64,000 nucleotides of DNA. Origin: the human T2T-CHM13v2.0 reference genome, Homo sapiens. This document shows positions 40,301 through 57,215 of this stretch, piece by piece (position 1 is the first letter of the stretch; the number at the start of each line of letters is the position of its first letter). Location: assembly GCF_009914755.1 (NCBI RefSeq), contig NC_060927.1, one strand, 5' to 3'. The notes under the pieces were generated by a model that was given only the letters and a program-made list of their open reading frames with translations, did not search any database and was not told the DNA's origin. The position numbers were made by a program, and so were the translations under genes.

Positions 40301-41194
40301 CTGGGAGAGTACTATTTTATTTCATTTTCTTTCAGTAAACTTTAGCACAATGACAATGCTGGGAAAGGTAGTCAACCATGCTGGTGCTCACTTCATCTAC
40401 AAGACCCACAACGGTCCTACAAGCTATAGCTCAGAGAGGTCAAGCAGCTCACTCCAGGTCACACAGCTCTCTGTGCTTTCATTGTACCAACTTTGGTCAC
40501 CAGGAAAAATGCATCATGGAGAAATTCTCAATACACATTAGAACACACATTTTCTGATACTCAGCAAGTGTGCCTTTATCTTCATCAAATTTCTCAAAGG
40601 TTACTACTACCCCCTCTCACAACTTTATGTGATTCTCTGGAAAACATATGGAGAAACTCTAACTTTAACTTGACTCAGACTGCAGCAAACACAGAGCGGT
40701 GAGCTTCAGCCTGGATGAACGTGCAGCTTATTGCCTAGGTGCCTGAAGAGCTGGGAGATAGCACCATTCTTATTGCTGTGGGGTTTTCTCCAGTGGTTAT
40801 CTCTGTTAAGAACAAATCCTCACCCCCAGGGTGCCTGCTGGTGCATCCCTGGTAGGCAATGCTCAGATGAGACCTTGGATGTGTTAGCTCCAGCAGAGAT
40901 CAGGATGGAGGGCTGTGGGAAGTGTGTTACTCAAATGCAAGTGGCTGTGACAGAACCCCACTCTGCTTAACTTAAATTTTTAGAAAATGGTTTTACTGGC
41001 AGGATGTAGGGTAATCTACAGACTCCACAGAGAGTAGAATAATCAGGCCTCAAAAAAGTTAGGAATCCAGGTGGCCCCACACCTGTGGCAGGATGGAGGC
41101 AGCCTCCTCAGGGCACTGCCCCCAGGATGGGTCAGCCACAGCTGTGGACTGTCCTTGTGTTGCTTGGCTCAGGATTCAAATTCACAACCCACAA

Positions 41195-41870
41195 ATAGCT
41201 CAAATGAAACAGGAAGACAATATCAAGTGTTGAAAAGGCTGTGGAGCAAATGGATTCCTCACGCATCACTGACGGGGAAGTAAAATAGTACAGCTATTTT
41301 GGAAAAACATTTTGTAGTTTCTGAAAAATTAAACATTAATTTACCATATGATATAGAAATCCCACTTCTGTGTATCTATCCAAGAGAAATGAAAACCTAA
41401 ACTTACATAAAATCTTGTATGAGAATGTTCATAGCAGTATTATTCATGATCGCCACAAGGTGAAAGCAATCCAAATGCCCGTCACCTGGTGAATGTAGAA
41501 ACAAAATGTGGTAAATCCATACAATAGATTACTATTTTGCAACAAAGAGGAATGAAGTATGGATCAACATACTATAATATGGATGGAATTTTAAGACATT
41601 ATGTATATTGTACGATTCCATCTACATGAAATGCCCAGAAAAGACAAATCTGTAGAGACAGAAAGTAGATTAGTGGTTGCCTTGAGCATAGGCAGTACCT
41701 GCAAATGGACACAAAGCTACTTTTTGGGGTGAGAGAAATATTCTAAGATTAGATTGTGGTGACGGTTGTACAGTGCCATAAATTTACTAAAAATCATTGA
41801 ATTGCCTGTTTAAAACAAGTGAACTTTATGGTACATAAACTGTAGCTCAATGAAGCTATTTTTTAAAAGC
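41195..41870 (+). mobile_element. L1M (MB/MC-like) 3' end within MLT1-like sequence
   Basis: 'ccaagagaaatgaaaac..gaatgttcatagcag..gagacagaaagtagattagtggttgcc'. Confidence 0.8.
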
Positions 41871-42737
41871 TTTGAATTTGCAGTGGCGAGTCAGAGTAGA
41901 CTCGTGTGTTGTCCCTGCTGTGGTGCCTTATTTGACAGGTGCACCAAGTTGATCACAGGGAACTGAGATAATCTGGGTGCTGTTCCATCAGGAGCAAAAG
42001 TGGGAAGAAGGGTTTCTGCACAAGACAGGAACCTCAGAGACTCCTCCACCCACTTCCCCACCAAGCACCAGGATGGCAAGGCAAATGGCTGAGACCATCA
42101 TTTTGGCTTCCACAAATGTCAGGGTCCCTGGCCACTGGATGCTCTCCTCTGCAGCTGAAGTCTCAGCCTTCATGGAAACCTCCCCAGCATCTGGATCCTC
42201 ATGACAAAGGTCTTCTTCCACCAAGGGTTAGCTCCTGGGGCTGGGGTTAGCTTCTGGCTTGGAGACCCTGGTGATCTCTTCTAATGATGAGCATTGAGCC
42301 ATTGATTTCATATAGGTGTGGTTTTGTTCACAAAAACAATAAAAGGTGTTTAGTGATGGTTGGGCACAACACAGTTATCTCCAGCTTGTGTATGAAATGA
42401 TTCCTCTGTAGTCCCCAGCTCTTGAATCTCCTGTTGGCCTCATTTTCTCTCTCTCTCCCTCTCTCTCTCTCATTTTCATAAAGCATCTAACACAGTGCTT
42501 TCTCTTCGGCTTATGATGACTTCTTGTGGCCTCTTTTCTGTGCCATAGCCAAAATGATGAGGAAGCCTAAACTAGGAGAAAAGAAAAAAAAACTATGAGA
42601 CAGAAAAAAATGTACGTAGCTGAATACAGATGTCAGCAGGTAGCAAGATGAGAATTGAAGGACTTCCAGAAGGCAATTGAGTCACATCAATGGTGGAGTC
42701 CAAAAACAGAGCTTCACAAACTATGGTTTGTAAATAA

Positions 42738-43070
<333 letters not shown>

Positions 43071-44016
43071 CATATTATTTTTTAATGAACCTGTACTAAT
43101 GATTTTATTTAATGCATTAATGGAGAAACCAGTAAGATGTTACAACTAAGTCAATGGAGAATCCAAAATCATGTGTAATTATAGATCAGGAACACTGAAA
43201 GAGTGGGCAAGTGGGGGCAAAGCTGGCCCCTTCCATAGCGAGGAAGGGAAGTCAATTGCCTGACAGAATTTTTGCATATCTACAGGCAGAAATTATTTTT
43301 CATTGCTATTAGTTATTTACAATTTATAAACTGCAGAATAGCTCAATAAAAGGTTAGAATCAGGTAATAAGGAAAGATGTACTCTAGACAATGCATAGTT
43401 TTCTCGTGAAGCACAAATCTTTCTATGTAATACTTTGTTCCCCCCTTTGCTTGGATAATTAGTATTTATCCTTTATATTAATCTCAAACTTGAAAAGGCC
43501 ATATTTAAAAAATTTATAATGCACCATGGAATACTTTTATAAAACATAGTAAAAATAAATTGCTGGGAAGATAAAATGATAGAAGATATACAAAATACAA
43601 GCCTAACTTTTCTTATTATTAGTTTCAACAGACATAAAGTTACTCTGTCAAGTTGTTATGGAAGTTTCTAAAAGCTTCCTGTATTTCCGTACTTCCTTCA
43701 ACAGTAACTTGTGGTGAAGAGTTTGCAGCCTGGTCCTGGTCCACAAACCACTTTCTAAGCTGCACTGCAATAGAGTGTTTATTCACACACATTGTTGCTG
43801 AGGCTCATAGGATGCTGCCTCCGATGCCAGTTTCCACAAGGTCCAGCCTTCCTCTTGTTTCCATTCTTTAACTGACTGGAGATTTATCTTGTAACTCTCC
43901 ACTCTATATCCTTCCAAGTTTAGTCTGGGACAATAGATCTCAAACTCTTTGGTCTCAGGATCCCTTTAAACTCTTAAAAATTAGTGAGAATGCCAAAGAA
44001 CTTTTTAAAAATGTAG

Positions 44017-44948
<932 letters not shown>

Positions 44949-45052
44949 TCATTAAAAACAGGCATAACAAATCATTACATGCTAATATATTTCATGAAAA
45001 CAAATCTATTTTCCCAAACAAAAGTAAATAGTAAAGAGAATGGCATTCTTTT

Positions 45053-45319
45053 TTTATTTTTCTCTGTTGCCCAGGCTGTAGTGCAGTGGTATGATCTCGG
45101 CTCACTGCAACCTCTGCCTCCCGGGTTCAAGCGATTCTCCTGCCTCAGCCTCCTGAGTAGCTGGAATTACAGTCATGTGCCACCACATCCAGCTAATTTT
45201 TAGTAGAGATGAGGTTTCACCATGTTGGTCATGCTGCTCTTAAACTCCTGACCTTGTGATCTGCTCGTCTTGATCTCCCAAAGTGCTGGGATTACAGGCG
45301 TGAGCCACCATGCCCAGCC
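45053..45319 (-). mobile_element. AluS with TSD GGCATTCTTTT
   Basis: Antisense Alu with small deletions; direct repeats at 45042 and 45320. Confidence 0.9.
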
Positions 45320-45404
45320 GGCATTCTTTTACATGTACTGAATATCCCTTTGGTGTTTGGTGCCTTGATTTCCTTTTTCTAACAGAATAGAAGGCAGCTA
45401 GATT

Positions 45405-45792
45405 TTTTTTTTAAATTAATTAATTAATTTTTTATTATACTTTAAGTTCTAGGGTACATGTGCACAACGTGCAGGTTTGTTACATATGTATACATGTGCC
45501 ATGTTGGTGTACTGCACCCATTAACTCGTCATTTACATTAGGTATATCTCCTAATGCTATCCCTTCCCCCTCCCCCAACCCCATGACAGGCCCTGGTGTG
45601 TGATGTTCCCCTTCCTGTGTCGAAGTGTTCTCATTGTTCAATTCCCACCTATGAGTGGGAACATGCGGTGTTTGTTTTTTTTTTGTCCTTGCAATAGTTT
45701 GCTAAGAATGATGGTTTCCAGCTTCATTCATGTCCCTACAAAGGATATGAACTCATCCTTTTTTATGGCTGCATAGTATTCCATGGTGTATA
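45405..45792 (-). mobile_element. L1PA (PA4-6-like) 3' end with 15-bp TSD GAAGGCAGCTAGATT
   Basis: 'ttattatactttaagttctagggtacatgtgcacaacgtgcagg'; TSD at 45390-45404 and 45795-45809. Confidence 0.95.
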
Positions 45793-46058
45793 GGGAAGGC
45801 AGCTAGATTCTTATATCTGCTTTTGTATCCAATCTTTGCAATATCATGCCATATAACTTCTGCAAAACTCCTTTGTTTACTCACGAGAGAAAAGAGAGTA
45901 AAATAGGCAAATAATACCTTAGTTTATTAGAAAAGTAGTCTAACATCACAGGTCCCCTGAAAGTCTCTTGTCCAGGGGTCCTTGAACAACAACTTGAGAA
46001 GCACCAGTTCAAGATATCTAGTCTCAAAAGACCCCCTTCACACAGACGTGTGCACATT

Positions 46059-46163
46059 CAGGGTGGCCAGCTGTCCCTGTTTGCCTGGGACTGCCCTGGT
46101 TCCAACACTGACAGTCCTATGTCCTTAGCACACTATGGCTGTTGGTCACCGTTGGTCACCCTA
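46059..46163. mobile_element. MER81-like hAT-Blackjack MITE
   Basis: Terminal inverted repeats (C)AGGGTGGCCA ... TGGTCACCCTA; interior 'tgtccc.gtttgcctgggactg'. Confidence 0.75.
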
Positions 46164-46319
46164 ACACTCTTCTGGGTACATACTTTATTTGGGTTAGCCT
46201 GGCATTCCCGCTCTGCTTCTTTCCCTTCTCTTCCACCTCTTTCTTCCTTCTCTTTCTCGCTTGAATCCATTTTCCATACCCTTCAATAACTGGTTGAAGC
46301 CAGAGCTGTTATACAGGTG

Positions 46320-46840
46320 CCTGGTGGAGACTTCCAGTTGCCCACCCCATATCTTTTCTCCCCCTTTTCTTAATTAACAGAGACCCTATTCTGTTGGGAC
46401 AGTGTTCAGGAAAAGAAAGGTGTTTCCAAGCGTCCCTTGTAGATGGGATGGTCATATAACACAGTTCTGGACAATAAGATATTCAAGAAAGCTGTTGGGT
46501 GGGGCTCCTAGGGAAGCTCATTTAGAATAGAATGCATTCATAGCACACACAGTTTGCCCTTTTCGCTTTTACACTGTCCTGCCTAGAACTCACCTATGAT
46601 GGATGGAGTTCCAGAGTCATCTTGCAGACATGAGGACAAGAGCCATACCTGGAGATAGGACAGCAAAGCTGAGGGCCAGAAACTGACTGGTTCCCTAATG
46701 GTTTTGTGGAGCTGCCAAAAAAGTTTTGGGTTATTTCCAGATTTCTTCTGTAAGCAAAAAAAAGAAAAGTAAAAAAGCCCATTGTGTTTAAGTCACTGCC
46801 TTTCAGATTTCTGTTGCCAAACACAATTCGTAATCAATGC
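46320..46840 (+). mobile_element. MLT1 (G/H-like) LTR
   Basis: 'ggtcatataacacagttctggacaataagat', 'catcttgcagacatgagg', 'gtttaagtcactg..atttctgtt'. Confidence 0.65.
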
Positions 46841-49800
46841 AAGACGTTTTTTGTTTTCTTCATTGGATAGAAAGATTCTTTATATAAAATGGAGGGAAAC
46901 AGAAAAATATGCGCTCATTTATGGCAGATGTTTAGCTGCAATTGAGGCTCAGATGTTCCCAGAAGACGGGATCCTCTGTAGAGAAACTTCTTGTTTGGGC
47001 TGGCTTCGGAGGCTACTGATTTCAGCCCATGGTCACCAAACTCTTGGAAGCCTCATGGCTAAAGAACGTAGAGAACCTGAGTGCAAGGGCTTGCAGGGGC
47101 AGGGCTGTCCTTTGGCTGCTCTCCACAGGAGTTTTTTGCCTCACGTGCATGGACCGATTACCGGGGGCCTGGTATTGAGTTCAGGGTCCATGTCTTCCTG
47201 GCGGTGCGTGAGAAGCAGCCCCTATGTGTTACCACTCACTCTTCACGTTCTGGGCTCAGGGATCTGAGTGGAAGGCAATGGCATCCTGCAGGAATGTTGG
47301 CAGCCATCCCACGGGCATGTGGGCAATGCTCCTGGCCAAGGCCCTGATGCTAACCTTCTCCACCAGTTCACTGTCCTCTGGCCCCATTTCAGAAAGGAAA
47401 GCCTCCAGCCTCCAGGCCCCTGAGCATAGCTGTCATTCAATGTGAAGGGCAGGGGGCTCTCAATGGCCCCTTGAGGTTACTGGAGGTAAGGTGGACTCCA
47501 TGCTAATGACAACCCTGCAGACAGGCAGGTGTAGGCACCCCCATGCTCAATGCTGCAGCTGCACGCCTGCTCTCCTGGTCCAGAATAGGCCTGTGAGCAC
47601 TGTGGAGCCAGGCACCCTCCCTCCTAGCCCTCTGTCCAGGCTCCTCATCTGGCTGCAGAAGATGCCTAATTTCAGTTGACATCCTGCTCAGCAAAGTCAC
47701 TGTTGTTCCCCAAACCCTTCCCCAAGTTAAGTAAAAGAGCAGCCTGGAGTCCCTGAGCGGAGCTGATCTACCCTGCTCATCTTCACTCTTCTTCATTCCA
47801 GCATCAACAAGGATGTTTGTCTGTGCCTGTTTGTCTGGAATGTTTGTCTGTGCCTGGGCCTGTGCTGGGTGTGAGGGACATAACAAGTGTGTCACTGTCC
47901 TCCAGGGCTCCAGCCTAGGACAAGGAACAGGCTCACAAGCCAGATGCCAGGGGCTGCTGCTTCACTGCATTCTTTCTCACAGAGCCCTTTTCAAGGATTC
48001 AGTATTGAGTGTGGTCTCATTTTGCTCTTCTTTTCAGCATTCAGCTCCCCCTTCATTTCTTTCACTGAGGCTCCACAGGGTTCTGACACCCTGCAACCTA
48101 GACAATAAACAAGTTTTTCTTTCTCAGCATGTCAGGCAAATTAGCACTTCACAAGGTTTGGTTGCCACAGATAGAGAACCAAGCGTTTGCTGTGTGGGTG
48201 TGTGCACATGTGTGGGCACGTGTGTTTGTATTTGTGTGTGTGCATGTAAGGGTTTCCAGCACATTGTGGTGTGGAAGATGGCTGGACAAGACCAGGGTCT
48301 TGAGGGAAAGTGATGTAAATAGCAATTGTGAAGCAGGTTCTTGCAAAGATGAGTTAGTCAAGCTCCTGACCAGATAGCACAGGGATCTGAAATACCAAAA
48401 AGTTCCAGGTCAGCCGGCCGGGACCTGCCTGAGCTGTGCGGGGTAGGAGGTGGGAGGGACTGGGCTCTCTGTGCTGCGGGTGTCATTGCAAAGTCAAGAG
48501 CCACTAATGGAAATAACCACTGGGGCATGATTTTTCATGTCCTGATTCCAATCACAGACCTGTCATCCAAGAAGAATATTGAAGGGGAAATCCCATTTCC
48601 TTTGAAACCAAATGTTCCCCACAGAAGCCAAAGGCTTGTAGAAACAACTCTGATTGGAAAGACTTGAGCATACATTGCCTGGCTTCTCGAGTAAGAGGTG
48701 GCAACACTCATCATTTATTGAGAGATGAGTTTACAGAGAGACGGGGCCTGCCCATACATGGTGATGACCTTTCTTGCTTCCTTGCATCAGAGACCCGACT
48801 CACAGGAGGACACTGTGGCCCATCTGGTCTCTGTGAGCAGACGGAGATGGATCCTGGCAGGTGACGGCTATGCCACATGTGCTGGCTGTGGTGGTGAAGC
48901 TGGGCAGAGGCACAGCAGTAAGGTCTTATAGACTCCCGGAAGGAAAGAAGGGGCTCTGGACCGTACCCAGAGAAAGGCGTAATGGCTGGTGCACATGCCT
49001 CTCTACTTCTGTAACTCACCTGCGCCTAGGAAACTGATTAGAGGGCAGTGGGCATGATGGCCTGAGCACTGGAGGTAGGGCCAAGCAACCGAGGTCTCCT
49101 TCCTGGTCTGCCTGTGTGGCTTGTGAACACAGATGGCTGATAGCTATGGTTCAAAGTGCTTATGTGTACTAACTCAGTGAATCCTCACTACAATCTGGGG
49201 ACATAGTCCCAGTGGTATCTCCATTTTACACTGGTGAAAACTGAGGCTCAGACAGGTTAAGTAGAACAACTTGCCTAAGGACACATAGCTAGTGAGTGCC
49301 CCCGGGCTTTTCACCACCCTGGTGTACTTCTCCCTTGCCCCTCAGACATTGCTTTCCACCTTGTCTGCCTAATAAGACAAACACCTGGTTAGGCTCTTTT
49401 AGAGACACAGAGGAGCGTGTCATGTGGCTGAAGTTAGTCTACCTTGCCACCCTTGATATATGAAAATGGCCTGGCAATGTCTGGTTCCAAGGGGAATATG
49501 TGAAAGGCAGACATGTCGCTGTGGGCAGTGTTTTACTCACTCTCTAAGCGTGACTTGCCCTTGAATTGCCGCCTTCATCTTCTTTTGCTTGTGCATTCTC
49601 TGCCTGGGACAAGCTCTGTACTATGGCAAAAATCATCACTCACATGGTGTCACCAGCAGGGAGTGCTGGGTTAAGGGCAGCTCCTGCAAAATGTCTCAGG
49701 GCTGTTGGTTGACAGTGAGTGTAACAGGAGCCAACAGTGCCTGTTGTACTTCTGGACAAGACCAAGCCTTGTGCTGCTCAGACTACATGCGGCATCCTGA

Positions 49801-50379
49801 GTCTGATTCTGGGTATCATGTTTTTAAACAATAACTTTTCTTTGTGTGAATTAGAAGTAGTATATGATCACTGTGGAATATTGAAGAAATGCAGACAAAA
49901 TGAGAAAGAATGATTGCCCATAGTACCACCAACTAAGCATTGGTGGTATTATGGTGGGAACTGTTCACCTTTAAGGGTGTTTCCATGCCCACGTGTGTGT
50001 GTGTATATGTGTAAGTGTGTGCAAGAGGGTATGCGTGTGTATAATATTGAGTATTCAAACATGTATATTGCTTTTTTCCTTACTTGTCAAAAAGATAGTG
50101 TTTTATGATTATACAATATTCCATCATGATATGGATGTGACATACTTTATGTGTCCACTTTCCCATTATTGCATAATAAATGCTAATAATTCAGGAGGGA
50201 ATTGTAAGAGCAAAACTTGGCTCTTCCAGATATTTATGTGATCATTTCCTTAGGATACATTTCAGGAAGTCAGATCATGGAAGTAAAACTATGAACGTTG
50301 TTAAGTTACTTGACATACATTGCTAAAGCACCAGCCCTTCTTCAAGGAGCTTTGACACAATAGAACCTGTCCAGGGGTG

Positions 50380-50610
50380 AGTGATTGGTCTGGTCAAGAT
50401 ACCAACTCCCTTGAGGAATTATTGAGAGTGGGAAAAGGGAGGTGGTGTGAACACAGCAGCTATCTTCAAATGTTTGAAGGGCTCTCCTGTGAGACAGGGA
50501 ATGGATTTCTTAAGAATGCCACATACAGTAAAACTAGCATCAAGGACAGATGTGTAGAGGGAGTAGCATCTCAGCCTAACATAAAGAAGAACTTTTTTTT
50601 TGAAGAGATA
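50380..50610 (+). mobile_element. L3/CR1 fragment
   Basis: 'agctatcttcaaatgtttgaagggct..tcagcctaacataaagaagaacttt'. Confidence 0.6.
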
Positions 50611-53258
50611 AGCTTAGTGTTGGGTGGAGGCTTTGTCATAACACTGTGGGATAAAACTTGACAGGGTGTTTTCGATGGCAAGACATACACACACTGCCCT
50701 CTCAAGCAGGGGCAGACCCTCTGGCATTTAGTTTTGGGCACGTGGCTTTCTGAAAACATGCATGTAGATGGGCTGTGTACAGGTCCTACAACAGAATCCC
50801 ACTTTAGAAAGAGGTATGGGGAGATGGAAGTGTTTGGAGGACTACACCTTCCATGGCATTCCTATGAGACACAGTCTTCAAAGGTGCTGGAGTGTTCCCA
50901 GCACTCATGCTCTTTGCTCGGCCCTCTTCCCTCATGATTGTACCCACACCTGCACACACACTGCTCACAGGCCTAAGCTAATGGGCCTCAGCTTATGGGC
51001 GGCAGATTTGCTTCTTTCAGTAATGCCTGCTGATTCCCACATTCATGTCAACTGTGTTGAGCTTTTGAGGCCTGTTCTTATCATTAGCACTTAGCTTTTT
51101 CTTCTCATTTCCCAGTCATTTTTGTAAAATGACAAGAGTAACCGACAGTAAACTATTCAACCACTTGGGAAAATCAAGGAGTATGAAACTGATGGGCTGG
51201 GAGTGGAGCTCCAGCTGGCTGGCAGGCGGGGCCTGGAGCAGAATGTGGGTTGTCCTCTGATGCACACATGTCCCTCCGTTAGGACACGAGTGTCAGATGC
51301 ACAGCATGAACATACAGGTTGTCCAGACATGGGAGACTGCGTGCACAGTCTTGCCATTCTGCTCAGGGTGTCTGATGGGATGGTGGAGACATGGGCAGAT
51401 ACCCCGCCAACCTGACACCCCACGGCACAGCATGGATGGCACACTTTCCAACTGCTTCACCTTCAGCAGCTCTTATCAGTATTTGTTTTCAAACCAGCAA
51501 GTTGTGTATCCGTGCAGAGATTCCCAAAGCAGCTAGGCTGCAGTGGAGATCAGCTCTAGGGCTTGGTAGGATAGCCAAATATAGGTACCTGGACAGCTGA
51601 CTCTGGAAAGTTCTACAGAGCTGGCAAAGGGGCATGCCAAGCAGCACTTCAGTAGAGCCAGAGACCAATAAATGGGATCTTTCATCAGATAGGCTAGATT
51701 CTCTGGCTTCTGAGTGAAGGGGGGCGGGATGTGAGCAAAAGCAAAGGCTGCCAGTGAGGGCATGGAGGGGCTGCCGTCTCCATCCTCCACCTCCAGGGCC
51801 AATTTCCATAGAGATGGGATTGGGAGGCCAGGAATGACCTGCCAAGAATGCAGTCTCTTGCTGGAAGTTTGCAGCTGCTGCCTGTCAGGCAGAGATTATT
51901 GAGAGGTGGCTCCAAACTGCTGCTAAAGCCTCACGCTCTGGAGAATAGGGTGCTGAGCTAACTCCAGGGTGGAGTGGGGAGCAGGTACATGACCTCAGGC
52001 TGCCCTCGCCCACACCTTGTCTCCAGGTAGTCTGATACTGCTCTCTCCTTTCTCAGGCTACCTCCATCAATGTCTCCCATGAAAAGACTTTCTATGTCTT
52101 TGTATTTTAACACAGGGTGAGCACTTCATTCATCCATCGTTTCACACACCACTGGGATGTATACAGTATTCCAGGCACTGTATGAGGTTCTGAGCTGGAT
52201 GGGCACATCACCAGCTAGCTCTTCTTCAGCACGTCCTGAATAGATCTTTTTCCAAAGTGGATGGTTCTTTGCTCCAATGAGGCTGTACTTCATTGGAGAG
52301 GAAATACTGAGGCCTCTCACTACTTGGAGAGGGCCGAGTGGGCTTGCTTGGGGCTCTAGCCAGTGGGCTGGGGCCAAATTCAGACTCAGGTAGATGAGGT
52401 ATTTTATCTGAAGGGGGCCCAGAGCAGGAAATGTCTCAGGAGAGTGTGGACTGCCCTGGATAAACATATCTGTCCTAATCACCTCTGTATCCCCTGTGCC
52501 TAGCACCATTTGAACACATTATGTGCTTAAGCAGTTGTTAAATGAATGACTAAAGTCCAGTCCTTAGAAAGCAGCAGGGTCAAACCCGGAGTCACCAAGC
52601 TGGATGGATCGGTCCTGGGATGAGAGGAGCTGCAAACTGTAGGGCACGCTGTGGCCTGGAAGTTGGGAGGGGACAGGATTGACAGAAAGGTGCCACCATA
52701 GGTGGAAAAGAGAGTGCGCTATCCAAGCCCCAGGTGAACACACAAGCGGCTAGCCTTGGGCAAGACAGAAGCAGGAAGCATTTTGCTCCTCCTCACAGTA
52801 CAATTTCTGTCAGGAGAGGCAGGGCTGAAGCATACAGGACAGACTGTCTCTTGGCAAACACTTTGTTCTTGGCTTCTGAAACACCAGCTTTTCCTGGCCT
52901 CCCTACACTCTGATGGCTGCTCCTTGTCTGTCTGCCTTGTCGTCCTCACGGTTCTATGTGGGAATGTCTCTGACCTGGTCCCTCCTGTACACATCACAAT
53001 CACTCTCTCGGCTATCCAATCTCAGCTCATAATTTCAAGCTTTCAAGGATGGATTTCTATCTCCAACCTTGACTGTCATCCTGGGCTGCAGACTTGTCAT
53101 GCTTGACAACTTCATGTGGATCATTAACAGATGTCTTAATCATGACTTGTCCAGAAGAACACTTTTTCCTTCTTTGTCCTCCCTGGTGAACCCCATGCTT
53201 TGCCACTAATTGTTCCCAGCCCTGATGCTCAGTAAATAGCTCCAGAACTGACTGAGTC

Positions 53259-53407
53259 AAGGCTGGGCTCGTGGTGAGGCCATGAGATGCCAAGGGCACA
53301 TGTCAAGAGGCTCTCACTTTCAGGGGTCCGCTCTGAACTTGCATGATGCCAAGAGTGAGCGCCTCCTTACATGTTGTGCCCTTGGTGGCTGGCTTGTGCC
53401 ACCCTAG
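53259..53407. mobile_element. MER91-like palindromic hAT-Tip100 MITE inside L2
   Basis: 'ccaagggcaca..gaggctctcactt' pairs with 'gagtgagcgcctcc..tgtgcccttgg'. Confidence 0.7.
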
Positions 53408-54452
53408 TGCTCACTCTGCCTGTACTGAGTTCCTCCAACCCAATGCCTAGAAACTATATTTTGATTCTTCTGATTTTTTTCACTGCCAATATTCAGTCCT
53501 TCAGGAAGTTCTGCTGACTCTGTCTTCCAAACATTGCGAACATATCCTGTCCTCTCCACTTCCATTCCTGCCGCGCTGGCCCTGGCGCTCAACAGCTCTC
53601 CCCTGAACCACTTAATGGGTTCCCAGTGCTACCCATGTCCTCCTCCAATCTATTCTTCACACAGCAGCCAGAAATTCAATTTTTATTTTTATAAAAGTAA
53701 TACATGGGCATAGTTTAAAAAGACAAATAGTCCTATAAGGCTTATAATGAAAAACAGCAGGTTCCTATCCCACCCCTCCTCAGTCACAATTCACACTTCC
53801 CAGAGGTGAACGCTTTCAATAATTTTGGCAGTTTCTACCACCCTTATACTGTTAGCATTTGATTTTTAGGTTTTTAGTTATTTTTTTTTTACTGAATTCC
53901 AACCATGGAATAAGAAGATTTATCTTCCTTATCATCCTCCTCCATCACACAGACATTTCCCAGTAACATCTTTCCAATACAGTCATATCACAGATTAGAT
54001 CAAACCCCTAGTCCAGGTGCAGTTGCTTGTTTGTGTGGGATGGGGAGGGAGATGAAGGTCTCACTGTCTCTTAGGTTGATCTTCACCCCACTCCCCTGTT
54101 TTCAGCCCCACTTGCCCCCTGCCTTCAGAGCCTTCCATTCTTACAGTTACAGGTTTGCAGCAGAAACCAGCTCCTTCTTGGCTCCCCTCCCATCAGAGGT
54201 GTGTTGCTCTCCCTTGGCTGGTCTGCCAGTTTGCTTGTCCTTGTCTGCCTGCTTTCCATAGTACATTTCGCTCATGCATCTTGTTTGCTGTCATCTTCCT
54301 CCATTGTTTTTCTCCCTATGAGTTAGTTCTGCTTTTATATGTTTTTTGTGTGTGTCATTTTGTTGGGGTTTGAAGAGGACACATGTGTTCAATCCACCAT
54401 GAGCAACTGGAAGCCCAGGTAGAGCATTTGTGCTTGGCATACAGTGCCCCAA

Positions 54453-54910
54453 CATATACATACATACATTATATACATACATACATACATTATATATATA
54501 TACACACACATATATACGTATATATGTGTATATATACGTATATATACACACATATATACATATACACATATATACATATACACACATATACGTATATATG
54601 TGTATATATACGTATATATGTGTATATATACGTATATATGTGTATATATACGTATATATGTGTATATATACGTATATGTGTGTGTATATATACATATACA
54701 CACACATATACGTATATATATGTATATATACATATACACACATATATACGTATATATGTGTATATATACATATACACACATATATACGTATATGTGTGTG
54801 TATATATACATATACACACACATATACGTATATATGTGTATATATACATATATATGTGTATATATACATACACACACACACATATATATATACATACACA
54901 TTATATATAT
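54453..54910. repeat. Complex (TA/TG/CA/CG) micro/minisatellite with 20-bp unit TATATATGTGTATATATACG
   Basis: Read directly; source of the six spurious Y/I/V/H/T-rich ORFs. Confidence 0.97.
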
Positions 54911-54981
54911 TTAAAAAACTTCTTTCTTTCTTGAATGATTGAGTAAAATACTATGGACATCAAGGGTATTCAAGAGTGACA

Positions 54982-57215
<2,234 letters not shown>

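Noticed and set aside
47813-47856. Small tandem duplications (also 22848-22869, 46141-46160, 62466-62493)
   Set aside because: Ordinary slippage-scale duplications with no further structure.
54291-54942. Six overlapping Tyr/Ile/Val/His-rich ORFs
   Set aside because: Microsatellite artefact.
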